From the NCBI GenBank assembly GCA_016178045.1, contig JACOUE010000012.1:9832-73831 (forward strand): a DNA stretch of 64,000 nucleotides, given 5' to 3'. The notes beneath the pieces were generated by a model. That model saw only the letters and a program-made list of their open reading frames with translations. It was not told where the DNA came from and ran no database searches. Of this stretch, positions 24,852-34,381 are shown one piece after another (the stretch's first letter is position 1; each line of letters opens with the position of its first letter). The position numbers and the translations under genes were made by a program. Source of the stretch: Chloroflexota bacterium (GTDB taxonomy: Bacteria > Chloroflexota > Dehalococcoidia > SM23-28-2 > JACOUE01).

Positions 24852-27464
24852 ATGACCCTGGCGCCTGAAGTTCGGCTTGAGGATGCAGCCGTTGACAGTC
24901 GCGGCGCGCGGCGTAAGCGCCGCTCTCGATTGGCTGACGCTGACCGCAGCCACAGAACCCTCCCCATCCGCCGCTACTTCACCACGCCCGGCCCAGACGG
25001 GCAGGCTGTCGACCCCTACGATGAGCTGCAGTGGGACATCCGCACCGCCGTCATCGAAGGGGCCGACGGCAAACCCGTCTTCGAGCAGCGCGACGTCGAG
25101 TTCCCCGCGACGTGGTCTCAGAACGCCACCAACGTCGTCGCCTCCAAATACTTCCGCGGGCCGCTGGGCACGCCCCAACGCGAGCGCTCCGTCCGCCAGC
25201 TCATCAGCCGCGTTGTCGATACCATCACCGGCTGGGGGCGCGACGGCGGCTACTTCGCCTCGGCGGAGGAGGCGCAGACCTTCCACGCCGAGCTGACCCA
25301 CATCCTCCTCCAGCAGAAGGCTTGCTTCAACAGCCCCGTCTGGTTCAACGTCGGCATCGAGGAGAAGCCCCAGTGCTCCGCCTGCTTCATCCTCAGCATC
25401 GACGACAGCATGGACTCCATCCTCGAGTGGTACCGGACGGAGGGTCGCATCTTCAAGGGCGGCTCCGGCTCCGGCATCAACCTGTCGAAGCTGCGCTCGT
25501 CCAAGGAGTCGATGTCCACCGGGGGCCTGGCCTCCGGGCCCGTATCGTTCATGCGCGGCGCCGACGCCATCGCCGGCACCATCAAGTCGGGCGGCAAGAC
25601 CCGCCGCGCCGCCAAGATGGTCGTCCTCAACGTCGACCACCCGGACGTCGAGGAGTTCGTCTGGTGCAAGGCGAAGGAGGAGCGCAAGGCGTACGACCTC
25701 GGCGCCGCCGGCTGGGACGTCTCCCTGGACGGCGAGGCCTGGATCAGCGTCCAGTACCAGAACGCCAACAACTCCGTCCGCGTCACCGACGACTTCATGC
25801 GGGCCGTGGAGGAGGACCGCGACTGGCAGACCCGCTACGTGACCAGCGGCGAAGTGCACAGCACGTTCCGCGCCCGCGAACTGATGCGGCAGATCGCCCA
25901 GGCCGCCTGGGAGTGCGCCGACCCCGGCATGCAGTACGACACCACCATCAACGACTGGCACACCTGCCCCAACACGGGCCGCATCAACGCCTCCAACCCC
26001 TGCTCCGAGTACATGCACCTGGACGACTCCGCCTGCAACCTGGCCTCCCTCAACCTGATGAAGTTCCTGCGAGAGGAACAAGGAAGTAGGAACGAGGGGA
26101 GGGTAGGGGCGGGTTTGAAACCCGCCCCTACCGCTATTACTACTTCCTTCGATGTCGAGGCGTACAAGCACGCCGTGGCCGTCGTCATCACCGCGCAGGA
26201 GATCATCGTATCGAACTCCTCCTACCCCACGGAGCGCATCGCCCGGAACGCCGTCGACTACCGCCAGCTGGGCCTGGGCTACTCGAACCTGGGGGCGCTG
26301 CTCATGTCGCTCGGCATCCCCTACGACTCCGACGAGGGGCGGGCCTACGCCGCCGCCCTCACCGCCATCATGACCGGCCACGCCTACGCCACCTCCGCCC
26401 GCATCGCCGCCCGCATGGGCCCCTTCGCCGGCTACGAGAAAAACCGCGAGCCGATGCTGGGCGTGATGCGTAAGCACCGCGACGCCGCCTACCGGATCGA
26501 GGTAGAAGAAACAGGGACAGTAGGGGCAGGTTTGAAACCTGCCCCTGCCGCCATCACCGCCCACATCGACGACAAGGGGACGATCGAGGGCGCGCCCGGC
26601 CTGAAGGAGGAGCACCTTCCCGTCTTCGACTGCGCCTTCAAGTCGCCCAACGGCAGCCGCTGCATCCACTGGCTGGGGCACATCAAGATGATGGGCGCCG
26701 TCCAGCCGTTCATCTCGGGCGCCATCAGCAAGACGGTGAACCTGCCCGAGGAGGCCACCGTCGAGGAGATCGAGCAGGCCTACATCGAGGGGTGGAAGTA
26801 CGACCTCAAGGCCCTCGCCATCTACCGCGACGGCTCCAAGCGGGCCCAGCCCCTCAGCACCAGCAAGGATGACCCGTCCGCTCGCCCTGGGCCTGTCGAA
26901 GGGCGGCCGGTGCGCCGCCGCCTGCCGGCCACCCGAGGCTCCATCACCCACAAGTTCTCGATCGAGGGCCACGAGGGGTACATCACCGCCGGCCTCTACG
27001 AAGACGGCTCCCCCGGCGAGATCTGGCTGACGATGGCCAAGGAGGGGAGCACGCTCTCCGGCATGATGGACGCCTTCGCGACATCGATCTCGCTGGCGCT
27101 CCAGTACGGCGTCCCCCTGCGCGACCTGGTAAACAAGTTCGGGCACATGCGCTTCGAGCCCTCAGGCCGCACCGAGAACGCGGAGATACCGGTCGCCCAG
27201 TCCATCGTCGACTACATCTTTCGCTGGCTCGCCTCGCAGTTCCTGAGCGAGGACGAGAAGGAGCAGTTCGGGGTGCTGAGCCCGGCGGTAAAGGCGAAGC
27301 TGATGGCCCAGGAGTACGAGCCGCCGTCGAGCGCGGGCAACGGCAGCCACGGCAACGGGACTCAGACGGACGCCCCGCCCTGCGCTAACTGCGGCTGGAT
27401 CATGAGCCGCTGCGGGACCTGCTACCGCTGCGACAACTGCGGTACGACCAGCGGCTGCGGCTAA
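24852..27464 (+). CDS. nrdJ: Adenosylcobalamin-dependent (class II) ribonucleotide reductase, long form
   Basis: VASKYFRG...CFNSPVWFN...SACFILS...GGSGSGINLSKLR...NPCSEYMHLDDSACNLASLNL...FISGAISKTVNLP...ITHKF...GYIT...GSPGEIWL. C-terminal CxxC...CxxC tail. AAAGGAG RBS. Confidence 0.93.
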   Translation: MTLAPEVRLEDAAVDSRGARRKRRSRLADADRSHRTLPIRRYFTTPGPDGQAVDPYDELQWDIRTAVIEGADGKPVFEQRDVEFPATWSQNATNVVASKYFRGPLGTPQRERSVRQLISRVVDTITGWGRDGGYFASAEEAQTFHAELTHILLQQKACFNSPVWFNVGIEEKPQCSACFILSIDDSMDSILEWYRTEGRIFKGGSGSGINLSKLRSSKESMSTGGLASGPVSFMRGADAIAGTIKSGGKTRRAAKMVVLNVDHPDVEEFVWCKAKEERKAYDLGAAGWDVSLDGEAWISVQYQNANNSVRVTDDFMRAVEEDRDWQTRYVTSGEVHSTFRARELMRQIAQAAWECADPGMQYDTTINDWHTCPNTGRINASNPCSEYMHLDDSACNLASLNLMKFLREEQGSRNEGRVGAGLKPAPTAITTSFDVEAYKHAVAVVITAQEIIVSNSSYPTERIARNAVDYRQLGLGYSNLGALLMSLGIPYDSDEGRAYAAALTAIMTGHAYATSARIAARMGPFAGYEKNREPMLGVMRKHRDAAYRIEVEETGTVGAGLKPAPAAITAHIDDKGTIEGAPGLKEEHLPVFDCAFKSPNGSRCIHWLGHIKMMGAVQPFISGAISKTVNLPEEATVEEIEQAYIEGWKYDLKALAIYRDGSKRAQPLSTSKDDPSARPGPVEGRPVRRRLPATRGSITHKFSIEGHEGYITAGLYEDGSPGEIWLTMAKEGSTLSGMMDAFATSISLALQYGVPLRDLVNKFGHMRFEPSGRTENAEIPVAQSIVDYIFRWLASQFLSEDEKEQFGVLSPAVKAKLMAQEYEPPSSAGNGSHGNGTQTDAPPCANCGWIMSRCGTCYRCDNCGTTSGCG
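26080..26149. repeat. GTAG-ended palindromic element inserted in frame in nrdJ (element 1)
   Basis: Perfect palindrome GTAGGGGCGGGTTT-G-AAACCCGCCCCTAC (26103-26131), flanked by the 10-bp inverted repeat AAGGAAGTAG (26080-26089) / CTACTTCCTT (26140-26149). Translated as ..QGSRNEGRVGAGLKPAPTAITTSF... Confidence 0.8.
26520..26548. repeat. GTAG-ended palindromic element inserted in frame in nrdJ (element 2)
   Basis: GTAGGGGCAGGTTT-G-AAACCTGCCCCTGC, with one stem mismatch. Translated as ..TGTVGAGLKPAPAAIT... Confidence 0.75.
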
Positions 27465-27491
27465 CCTAGCGCACCCTCCCCTTGGGCGTGA

Positions 27492-27526
27492 GGGGCGCCC
27501 CGATGATCACGAGTCATCGGGCGCCC
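27492..27526 (+). terminator. GC-rich hairpin downstream of nrdJ, possible terminator without a U-tract
   Basis: GGGGCGCCCCGATGA-TCACGAG-TCATCGGGCGCCC. Confidence 0.3.
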
Positions 27527-27578
27527 TCCCGCTGTAACGTGCTTCTGCCAGCGGCATCCCATCCCTAGGAAAAGGCCA

Positions 27579-29641
27579 ATGGCCAACGTATCGCTGAGTG
27601 AAAGAGGGCGGCGCCGTCGCTGGCGAATGCTCTCACCTTTGTCCACGGTCGGGGGACGGATCATCGCCGGCTTCGCGGTGTCGCTCCTAATCCTCGCCGC
27701 CGTCGTCACCGTCTCCGCCTGGTCACAACGAGAGCACCGGTCGGGCATAGTCAAGATGCAGCACGACGCCGCCACCGTGTCGTCGCTCCAAGACGCCAAA
27801 ATGAATGGTGCCATTGGGTTTGCCCTCGTGCAGCATTACGTCATCAGCGGCGACCAGACGTTGGTTCCGTTAGCCCGCTCGTCGGAAGTCAGGGCCATGG
27901 AAAGGCTGGCCGAGGCCCACACCCTGGAGGAAGTCGAGAGGAACGAGGAGCTCTTAGCGGGGATCGGCGAAGTTATGGCTGAGGCCGCCTCCATGTTTGA
28001 CACCTTAGACGAGGCGATTGCCCTCCGCCGGAGCGGCGACCTACCCGGGGCTAGAGCGGCCCTGGTGGCGGCGTTGTCCCAGGCCCTTCAACTTGAAGTC
28101 AAGCATGACCGGCTTGCCGAGATGGAGCAGACGGAGGTGGCGGCTCTGGGGGCGGAGGCGGACCGGACGGGTGACCTGGCCCTGCGCCTTCTCATCCTCT
28201 CTGGCGCCACTGGCGCCGTTCTGGGGCTGGCCGTATCAGCGTTCATCGCCCGCTCCATCCTGAGGCCGCTGCGGGCGCTGGAGTCGGCGGCGCTGGCGGT
28301 GAGGGACGGCGACCTGAACGTACGCGTGACACCGGCCGGGCCGCGGGAGCTGGCTCACCTGGGCGAGTCCCTGAACCAGATGATAACGAAGGAGCGGGAG
28401 CGCACGGAGCAACTGCGCCTCGCCAACGAGGAACTGCGGGAGCGCAACCGTCAGCTGCTTGACGCCCGCCTTCAGGCGGCCACCGACGCCCTGACTGGGC
28501 TCGCCAACCACCGCACGTTCCACGAGAGGATCAGGGGATCGCTCAACCCACATCATCGCGTGGGCCTCATCATGCTGGACATCGACGACTTCAAGCAGGT
28601 CAACGACTCCCTGGGGCACCTGGCGGGGGACCAGGTGCTTCGCGACCTCGCCGCCACGGTCACCGGGCTCGTCAGGGCAGAAAACGTTTATCGCTACGGC
28701 GGCGACGAATTCGCAATACTTCTGCCCGAAGTAAACTGCCACGAAGCCGCCGCCATCGGGGAGCGGCTGCGCCGCGCCGTGGAAAAGCGCCTGAAGGCCC
28801 GCAAAGTGACAATCAGCCTGGGGGTGGCGTGCTTTCCCTACACGGCCAAGTCCGGGGAAGAACTGATCTACGGTGCCGACGCCGCCATGTACTGGGCCAA
28901 GTCCGGCGGCAAAAACCGCGTCGGCGAATGGCATGACCTGTTGAACACGCAGGAGGGGCCGGCTAAGCCCTGGTACCTCAGCGAGCGAAGGATCAAGAAT
29001 TCGGACGTAGTGACCGCCCTCACAGGCGCCCTCGCCGCCAAGGACCCCCAAACCAGCGCCCACACCCAGCGCTGCGCCTGGTACGCCCTCCAGCTAGCCA
29101 CCGAACTGGGGCTGGCCCCCCAGGAGCGGCCGGTCGTCCGCATGGCCGCCCTTCTGCACGACATCGGCAAGCTGGCAATACCGGACGAACTGCTCTTCAA
29201 GCCCAGCCCCCTCACAGACGAGGAGTGGGAGGTCATGAAGGGCCATCCGACCGCCGCCCTTCGCATACTGGGCCAGGTACGCGCCATCAACGACGCCAGC
29301 CCGGCCATCCTCCACCACCACGAGGACTTCGACGGCTCCGGCTATCCCGACGGCCTGGCCGGAAGGGATATCCCCATAGCGTCCTCCTTGTCACGGACGC
29401 CTTCGACGCCATGACCACCGACCGGCCCTACCGCAAGGCGATGCCCATCCCCTCCGCCATCGATGAGCTGAAACGGCACAGCGGCACCCAGTTCGACCCC
29501 GTGGTCGTCGAGGCGTTTCTCAAGGTGCTCGCTGAGCGGGGCGCTCGGCCTCTCTGCTCAAAGAGAGCCGCCCCTGAGAACGGCCAGCCGGGGTCAGGAC
29601 CAGCAGAGCGAGCACGAGGGCGGGCGAAAGCGCGAAGCTGA
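27579..29641 (+). pseudogene. Sensor protein (TM, HAMP-like, GGDEF, HD-GYP) interrupted by a frameshift in the HD-GYP domain
   Basis: RYGGDEFAILLPE (GGDEF). HDIGKLAIPD...HHHEDFDGSGYPDGLAGRDIPI then stops at 29414. The rest of the domain (SVLLVTDAFDAMTTDRPYRKA...HSGTQFDPVVVEAF) is in another frame (ORF 29225..29641). Frame switch at about 29376-29381. Confidence 0.75.
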
Positions 29642-30791
29642 GCATTGCCCAGCGAAGGCCGGCGGCGTCCGCAATGACGCCGGCGGCCAGGGGGAAGAGG
29701 TCGGCGGGCAGCCCCGCCGCCGAGATCACGCCCGAGACCGTCCCCACGTTGTCCGGCCGCGCCGACATCGCTTCGGCCTTGAACAGAGAGTAGACCCCGC
29801 CGGCGATCAGCCCGAAGGCCATCAGGACCAGCAACTTCGGCACCACCCCCGGCAGCAGGACCAGCCCGACGATGGCGGCCAGAAAGCCCGCGGCCAGGGC
29901 CGCGCCCAGGCGGCGCACGCCCAGGGCCCCGGCCGCCGCCGGCAGGAACAGCAGCCCCACAAGCTTTGCCAGCACGCTGGCGCCGAGGACGGCGCTGGCC
30001 GTCGCCGGCGTCAGACCCACCGCGTCCACCAGGTACAGCAGCAGGAAGGCCACGAACCCGCTGTCCAGCAGGTTATCGGCGGCGATGACTGCGGTGCAGT
30101 GGAGGACCCGCGGCTCGCGCACCGTGGCCACGACCGAACGCCAGCGGGCAGGGCCGTCGGACGAGCGCAGCGAAGCCGGGAAGGGCTGACAGGCCAGCAG
30201 CAGCGCGTGGGCGATGATGACGCTGCCGCCGCCCACCAGCATGTAGCGCCACTCGAGGCCCAGCCAGAAGGCGCCGGCCAGCAGCAGCGGCCCCGCCAGG
30301 TTGCCAGCCGCCCCGAACGTGACCAGCCGCGCCATGGCGCCCGTCCGGTCCGAGCGGTGCATGTCCATCAGGGCGGCCTCGGTGCCGTGGCCGTAGAAGC
30401 CGGAGGCGAAGCCCATGCAGGCGACGGCGGCCATCAGGACCTCGAAGGAGGGGGCCAGCCCGGCCGTCACCAGGGCCAGGCCCATCCCCAGGCCGCCGGC
30501 CGCAGCCAGCACCCGCCGGCTGACGAAGTCGGCGAGGAGGCCCGCCAGCGGCCCGTGCACGATGCCGACGACGCCGCCCAGGGTGACCAGCAGGCCCGCC
30601 TCGCGGAAGCCGATGCCGAAGTCGTCGCGGAGGCGCGGGAGCGCACCCGACGGGAAGAAGCCGATGGACTCGTCGAGGAAGCCGACTAGGAAGAGGAGGA
30701 CGGTGAGACGGACGAGCGCCCGTCCCGAGAGGGGGACGGCCGCCCGGAGGGCTGAGGTTAAGCCAGGTCAGCGGTGACCGGGGTCACTCAT
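29520..30791 (-). pseudogene. MFS transporter with an in-frame TGA at codon 8
   Basis: Minus strand reads ATG(30791) MSDPGHR-TGA(30770-30768)-PGLTSALRAAVPLSGRALVRLTVLLFLVGFLDESIGFFPSGALPRLRDDFGIGFREAGLLVTLGGVVGIVHGPLAGLLADF.... TM1-TM2 are clearly encoded upstream of the first later ATG/GTG/TTG start (GTG at 30560). Confidence 0.65.
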
Positions 30792-30826
30792 CGTGGGAGT
30801 AGGATAAGCGGTAAGGCGGGAGCCGG

Positions 30827-30949
30827 TCAAGGGAGGTCGCAGCAGGTGATGACGTAGCCGCAGGCCTTGCAGAGCCACTTGCCGCCGGAAGCCCCGGACC
30901 ATGTTGCGGCCGCAGACCTCGCACCTGCCTGCCGGCAGGCAGGGCGCAT
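30827..30949 (-). pseudogene. Possible remnant of a small 4-Cys zinc-ribbon gene, split between two frames
   Basis: One frame reads ...RCEVCGRNMVRGF; the adjacent frame reads GGKWLCKACGYVITCCDLP*. No single intact frame carries both CxxC pairs. Confidence 0.25.
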
Positions 30950-30952
30950 CGG

Positions 30953-31856
30953 CTAGATGCGGGGCATCGCCAGCTGGGGCAGCCGCTCGCGCAGGTACTC
31001 ACCGGCCGCGCGCATGTAGCGGGCGCCGGTCTCCTTCACCATGGGGTGGCCGTGGCTCTTGTGCCAGAAGCCGACGCTGATCCCCGTCTCGATGAGGAGG
31101 TCGTACATGCGGTTGGCGGTAAAGGTGTTCGTCTCCCGGCACAGGTGGACGAGGTCGGGGAAAACCATGTGCATGGCGTAGACGCCTATCGTCTTCAGCA
31201 GGTAATAGTCCCTGGGCTCCTTGACCGCCATCGGCCAGCGCTGGGCCACGGCCGCCCAGAAGTTGACCAGGAGCCTGCCCACCTCGTCGTCGGTGAGACG
31301 GCTGAGGAAGGCGTCCCGCAGCGGCGCCTCCAGGGAGGCGACGACAGTATGCTGGCGGATGAGGTGCTCCGGCTTGGCCGAGTCGCCGGCCATCCGGATG
31401 CGCCCCTGCCAGGGGCTGTCCGGCGACTGCTGGAGGAGGTCGCAAAACTTCGTAGCGCGGCCGCGAACGTAGTTGCGCTCGCCTTCCCGCTCCAGGAGGG
31501 CCAGCCCCTCCGCCTCGCGCATCGTCAGGAGGTGGCGGTCGACCACGTCTGTGGGCACGCCCTTCTGGCGGGTGTTGATGACGTGGAAGTAGCGCATCTC
31601 CTCGTAGGCGTCTATGCCCTCGACGATGGTGACGGGGAGGGGATACTCGGCGATCCAGTCCAGCTTCTCCTTGGTGAGGGCGCGCTCCATTGAGCCGCGA
31701 GCGGGTCAGGGGGCGCTGGTAGCCGCGCGGGTTGTCCTCGCGGTAGTAGTCGACCTGGGTGTGGGCCAGCAGCTGCCCGACGGGGAGGACGGCGAGGTAG
31801 AGGTTGACCTGCTCTTGCTTCTGCCGGAACCGGAGCGCCGGGACCTGAATGGCCAT
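30953..31856 (-). pseudogene. DndB/DGQHR-like (ParB-fold) protein, frameshifted and apparently lacking the DGQHR motif
   Basis: N-terminal frame MAIQVPALRFRQKQEQVNLYLAVLPVGQLLAHTQVDYYREDNPRGYQRPLTRSR. It switches frame at about 31690-31700 to ERALTKEKLDWIAEYPLPVTIVEGIDAYEEMRYFHVINTRQKGVPTDVV... (FxxINxxQKxV motif). Confidence 0.4.
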
Positions 31857-31998
31857 CGCTTAAATAGTAAAGAAGGTATATCTTTTGTCAATACCCGCCC
31901 GAATAGGGGCGTCCAAGAAATTTTTCGCAATTTTCGTGACGGCGGCCCAGGGCATCGGATTCGAACAGAAATGCTATACTGCTCACAGGTGACGCCCG

Positions 31999-34371
31999 TT
32001 GTCCAGCCGTATCGCCCTCTCCGATAACGCCCGCGTCGTCCTCGAGCGCCGCTACCTGGCCAAGGACGACGAAGGGCGCCCCGCCGAGACGCCGGAGGAG
32101 ATGTTCCGCCGCGTCGCCCACAATATCGCCCAGGCGGAGCTTCTTTACAAGCCCCTGGAGGACTTCGACGCCGCCGCCCACTGGGAGGAGCGCTTCTACC
32201 AGCTGATGGCCCGCCTGGAGTTCCTCCCCAACTCCCCCACCCTGATGAACGCCGGCCGCGAGCTCCAGCAGCTCTCCGCCTGCTTCGTCCTGCCGGTGGC
32301 GGACAGCATCGACGGCATCTTCGAGGCGATCAAGCACACTGCCCTCATCCACCAGTCGGGCGGCGGCACCGGCTTCGCCTTCTCGCGGTTGCGGCCGGAG
32401 GGCGACCTGGTCCGCTCGACCATGGGCGTCGCCTCGGGGCCGGTATCGTTCCTGAAGGTGTTCGACGCCGCCACGGAGGCGATCAAGCAGGGCGGCACCC
32501 GCCGCGGCGCCAACATGGGCATCCTAGCCGTCACCCACCCGGACATCGATAAGTTCATCGCCCTCAAGGGCGACATGCGCACGCTTACCAACTTTAACAT
32601 CTCGGTGGCCGTGACCGAGGAGTTCATGAGCGCCGTCGAAAACGACGAGGAGTACGACCTCATCAATCCCCGCACGGGCGAGCTGGCCGGCCGGCGGCGC
32701 GCCCGCCACATCTTCGACCTGCTGGTCGCCAACGCCTGGAAGAACGGCGACCCCGGCATCGTCTTCATCGACCGCATCAACCGCGACAACCCCACGCCCA
32801 GCCTGGGCGAGATCGAGGCGACCAACCCCTGCGGCGAGCAGCCCCTCCTGCCCTACGAGTCCTGCAACCTGGGATCGCTGAATCTGGCCCGCTTCGTCAA
32901 GGGCAACGGCAACGCCATGCCTACCGGCAGGCAGGTCCGCCGCATCGACTGGGAGAAGCTGGCCAGGGTCGTCCCGGTCTGCGCGCGCTTCCTGGACGAC
33001 GTCATCGACATGAACCGCTACCCCATCCCCGAGATCGACGAGGCGACCCGCCAAACCCGCAAGATCGGCCTCGGCGTCATGGGCTGGCACGACGCCCTCG
33101 CTCAGATGCGCATCCCCTACGACTCCGAGGAGGCGCTGGCCCTGGGTGAGGAGGTCATGCGCTTCATCCAGGAGAAGGCCAACGAGGCCTCCCTGGCCCT
33201 GGGCGAGGAGCGCGGCACCTTCCACGCCTGGGAGGGCTCCCGCTACTACCCCCAGTTCCCCTACCGCAACTCGACGCGGACCACGGTGGCCCCTACGGGC
33301 ACCCTCTCCATCATCGCCGACTGCTCCTCGGGCATCGAGCCGGTCTTCTCCCTGGCCTTCGTCCGCCGGCACTACCTGGACCCCGCGGACCCCTCTAAGC
33401 TGACGCAGCTGCGGGAGGTCAACAAGCACTTCCTGGAGGTGGCCAAGGCCGAGGGCTTCTACAGTGACGAGCTCATCGACCACCTGGCGGCGGGCGGCCG
33501 CCTCTCGACGAGGGAGGACGTGCCGGACTGGGCGAAGCGCGTCTTCGTCACCGCCCAGGAGATCGCCCCCGAGTGGCACGTGCGGATGCAGGCCGCCTTC
33601 CAGCGCCACACCGATAACGCCGTCTCCAAGACCATCAACTTCGCCTACTCGGCGGCCCAGGAGGACGTCGCCCGCGCCTACTGGCTCGCCTACCGCGAGG
33701 GGTGCAAGGGGATCACCATCTACCGCGAGGGCTCCCGCGACTACTCGGTGCTTTCCCACACGACGCTGAACGTGCGGGGGCCGGAGCAGGAGACAGAGCA
33801 GGCCCTCCAGGAGATCGAGGGCCGCATCGCCGCCATCGAGCGGCCCAAGCCCTACCGCGAGCGCCTGCCCGACGAGCGGCGCTCCATCACCCACAAGTTC
33901 CGCGTCGGCGAGCAGGAAGGGTACATCACCGTCGGCCTGTACGACGACGGCCGCCCGGGCGAGATCTTCGTCAAGATCGCCAAGGAGGGGTCTACGGTCT
34001 CCGGGCTGATGGACACGGTGGCCCTGCTCACCTCGGTCACCCTCCAGTACGGCGTGCCGGTGGAGGACCTGGCCCGCAAGCTGAAGAACGCCCGCTTCGA
34101 GCCGTACGGCCGCACGAACAACCCGCAGGTCCCCTGGGCGACGTCGCTGGTGGACTACATCTTCCGCTGGCTGGAGCAGAAGTTCGCGCCGGAGGCGGCG
34201 AAGCAGGACGCCTCCGCCCACAACCCCAGCCCCGCCGCCGCGACCCCCAGGGGCGAGGGGCGAGGCACGGGGGAAGGGACGGGTCTGGGCTGCCCCGACT
34301 GCGGTGCCCTGCTGGTGTACCAGGAGGGGTGCCTGGTCTGCCGCTCCTGCGGCTTCAACAAGTGCGGGTAA
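31999..34371 (+). CDS. nrdJ: Adenosylcobalamin-dependent (class II) ribonucleotide reductase, shorter paralogue
   Basis: LERRYL...PNSPTLMNAG...SACFVLP...GGGTGFAFSRLRP...NPCGEQPLLPYESCNLGSLNL...ITHKF..GYIT..GRPGEIF. C-terminal CPDCG...CLVCRSCG tail. TTG start with AGGTGA upstream. Confidence 0.93.
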   Translation: MSSRIALSDNARVVLERRYLAKDDEGRPAETPEEMFRRVAHNIAQAELLYKPLEDFDAAAHWEERFYQLMARLEFLPNSPTLMNAGRELQQLSACFVLPVADSIDGIFEAIKHTALIHQSGGGTGFAFSRLRPEGDLVRSTMGVASGPVSFLKVFDAATEAIKQGGTRRGANMGILAVTHPDIDKFIALKGDMRTLTNFNISVAVTEEFMSAVENDEEYDLINPRTGELAGRRRARHIFDLLVANAWKNGDPGIVFIDRINRDNPTPSLGEIEATNPCGEQPLLPYESCNLGSLNLARFVKGNGNAMPTGRQVRRIDWEKLARVVPVCARFLDDVIDMNRYPIPEIDEATRQTRKIGLGVMGWHDALAQMRIPYDSEEALALGEEVMRFIQEKANEASLALGEERGTFHAWEGSRYYPQFPYRNSTRTTVAPTGTLSIIADCSSGIEPVFSLAFVRRHYLDPADPSKLTQLREVNKHFLEVAKAEGFYSDELIDHLAAGGRLSTREDVPDWAKRVFVTAQEIAPEWHVRMQAAFQRHTDNAVSKTINFAYSAAQEDVARAYWLAYREGCKGITIYREGSRDYSVLSHTTLNVRGPEQETEQALQEIEGRIAAIERPKPYRERLPDERRSITHKFRVGEQEGYITVGLYDDGRPGEIFVKIAKEGSTVSGLMDTVALLTSVTLQYGVPVEDLARKLKNARFEPYGRTNNPQVPWATSLVDYIFRWLEQKFAPEAAKQDASAHNPSPAAATPRGEGRGTGEGTGLGCPDCGALLVYQEGCLVCRSCGFNKCG

Positions 34372-34381
34372 GGAGGAGACA

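Noticed and set aside
26080-26548. An intein or self-splicing intron in nrdJ, which is a common host for both.
   Set aside because: The extra segments are only about 10-23 codons. They have no intein splicing blocks or LAGLIDADG/HNH domain, and are far too short for group I or II introns. They are simple palindromes.
24576-27146. Very long antisense ORFs: 856 aa here, plus 20788..22374 (528 aa), 32524..34449 (641 aa), 15508..16785 (425 aa), 8188..9579 and 433..1230.
   Set aside because: They lie opposite clearly recognisable genes (nrdJ, the hydrolase/DUF3048 genes, murB/ddl, murF, priA/rplS). They are Arg/Gly/Ala/Pro/His-rich, as expected for stop-poor off-frames in high-GC DNA, and show no family motifs.
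30768-30770. The idea that TGA is recoded (Trp/Gly/Sec), given in-frame TGAs in the MFS gene and the tandem TGAs at 39948-39953.
   Set aside because: TGA clearly terminates many well-defined genes here (for example murF, the methyltransferase gene end at 40344-40346 and the HpcH aldolase gene). I saw no SECIS-like context, so nonsense mutation or sequence error is simpler.
31873-31888. Calling a definite NrdR box upstream of nrdJ2.
   Set aside because: It matches only about 11/16 of the consensus, and I found no convincing second box at 31-32 bp spacing. It is mentioned as a candidate in the findings rather than annotated.
31857-31998. A cobalamin riboswitch upstream of the B12-dependent RNR genes.
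   Set aside because: The upstream gaps are only about 140 nt (nrdJ2) and 17 nt (nrdJ1). They are AT-rich or too short, and I saw no B12-box-like conserved core or multi-helix structure.
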